From Octopus bimaculoides (Eukaryota), in the NCBI RefSeq assembly GCF_001194135.2, contig NC_068994.1, forward strand, positions 23,480,244 to 23,517,982: 37,739 nt of DNA, read 5' to 3'. Shown here piece after piece: positions 35,897 through 37,739 of this stretch. Within the stretch, counting starts at the first letter, position 1, and the number at the start of each line of letters is the position of its first letter. A program made the position numbers and the translations under genes. Under the pieces are notes generated by a model. The model saw only the letters and a list, made by a program, of their open reading frames with translations. It searched no databases and was not told where the DNA came from.

Positions 35897-36598
35897 GTTT
35901 TCACCTTTTCGATATCAGTGAAGAATTTCACTGGAAANNNNNNNNNNNNNNNNNNNNNNNNNNNNNNNNNNNNNNNNNNNNNNNNNNNNNNNNNNNNNNN
36001 NNNNNNNNNNNNNNNNNNNNNNNNNNNNNNNNNNNNNNNNNNNNNNNNNNNNNNNNNNNNNNNNNNNNNNNNNNNNNNNNNNNNNNNNNNNNNNNNNNNN
36101 NNNNNNNNNNNNNNNNNNNNNNNNNNNNNNNNNNNNNNNNNNNNNNNNNNNNNNNNNNNNNNNNNNNNNNNNNNNNNNNNNNNNNNNNNNNNNNNNNNNN
36201 NNNNNNNNNNNNNNNNNNNNNNNNNNNNNNNNNNNNNNNNNNNNNNNNNNNNNNNNNNNNNNNNNNNNNNNNNNNNNNNNNNNNNNNNNNNNNNNNNNNN
36301 NNNNNNNNNNNNNNNNNNNNNNNNNNNNNNNNNNNNNNNNNNNNNNNNNNNNNNNNNNNNNNNNNNNNNNNNNNNNNNNNNNNNNNNNNNNNNNNNNNNN
36401 NNNNNNNNNNNNNNNNNNNNNNNNNNNNNNNNNNNNNNNNGATTAATAAAATATATATATACAATATTATATATGTACATATATGCTCAAGGGCACTACA
36501 TGAGCACTTGCATCGCTCATATTTTTTACACTGCATTCAGCTACATTCGCACACACACACACACACACACACACATGCACATATATATATATAGATAC

Positions 36599-36635
<37 letters not shown>

Positions 36636-37289
36636 GGCAAGTAGACTTAGCGGTTCGAATAACCATCTAAGGGATAAGAATATCCCTTATAATTACCGGT
36701 ATAAATTACCTATGCTGTCCCTGGGCAAGCATACTATGCACAGATGATAACAGAATAAACCAGAGTGTATCAGGAATCAAATTTAAAATGATCAGAAAAT
36801 GGAGAGAAATTTTGATCAACAAAGAAATTGACTACCATCAGTTAAATATCTTTTAATACAAAGCTTACATTGCTTACAGCCGTTTCTACTGCCAATGTCA
36901 GTTGGTGCCGACAAAGACAATAATGAGAATAATATTCGTCATCTTTATAGCACGTCTGTTTTATTTACTTCTTTACTTACATCTACCCTATAACGGTTTT
37001 AAATTTAGTTAACTAATTATAGAGATGGCTGGACTTTGGTCAGTTCCATTACGGAGAGCAGGTGGTTGATCTTTAGAATATTTCAGTAAGTATACGATTG
37101 TAATAACTTTACAGGTATGACTTTTGGATACATATTAATTAGCTCTATTTTCGAAATCATAAGTACCATTCTTTTACTAGACTTATTGGCGTATCTTGTT
37201 ATACTTAAGTACTAGTTTTATTTTGTTATTATTTACACACTCTAAAGAAAGATTAACCCACCAATTATTTTCCTAGTATATTTGCTAGT

Positions 37290-37739
37290 TTATTCATTTG
37301 CTGACAGGGGTGAGAGAACTGGCCTGTAGTCACGAGTGAGCAAGAGGCAGAGGGGAATGGACAAGAGAGAGGATGAGGGAAAGAAGCAAAGGGTGTGAGG
37401 AGAAGGGAGAAGGAACGAAAGATAGTAGAGAGTGGGAGAAAGACAGACAGAAGACAACAAAGAAGTGTGTGTGTGTGCGTGTGTATATGAGTGTATATGT
37501 GTATATGTGTATATGTAGGCATATGGATAGGAAAGTAAACAGATAGACATACAGACGGATAGGTATATATGAACAGACAATCACACATACACACACAAAC
37601 ACAAATGAAGATTGAAACACATGACCATATACACACACATTTCACTTCACACAAGGGCACATATGAAGATACGTCTACACATGGAGCTACACATCCATAC
37701 ATACACAGTACATAGTCACACAAACTCATACACACACAC
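37290..37739. repeat. Purine-rich and (TG)n/(CA)n low-complexity tract
   Basis: Direct reading. Confidence 0.8.

Overview
AT-rich, microsatellite-dense animal genomic DNA from a draft scaffold with nine N-gaps. The SINE families match my recollection of Octopus (coleoid cephalopod) repeats; this is an inference, not a database result. I find no intact protein-coding gene, and almost every ORF in the supplied track is a microsatellite or N-gap artefact. The window is intergenic or intronic and made mostly of decayed mobile elements: a Tigger/pogo relic, an RTE-type LINE, two mariner derivatives, a hAT transposase relic that the ORF track does not reveal, possible L1/Tx1-like endonuclease relics and three short interspersed repeat families. 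The most interesting signals are structural. (1) A spacer-less 336-bp palindrome at 31617-31952 carries a minimal type I hammerhead ribozyme in each arm, and the two copies have complementary defects. (2) A second hammerhead-like motif at 16951-17080 has an unusually long, branched stem II. (3) Twin hairpins at 25150-25350 share a loop but have unrelated stems. (4) A mariner at 15697-16486 is built from two 5' ends. All alignments and mismatch counts were made by eye.
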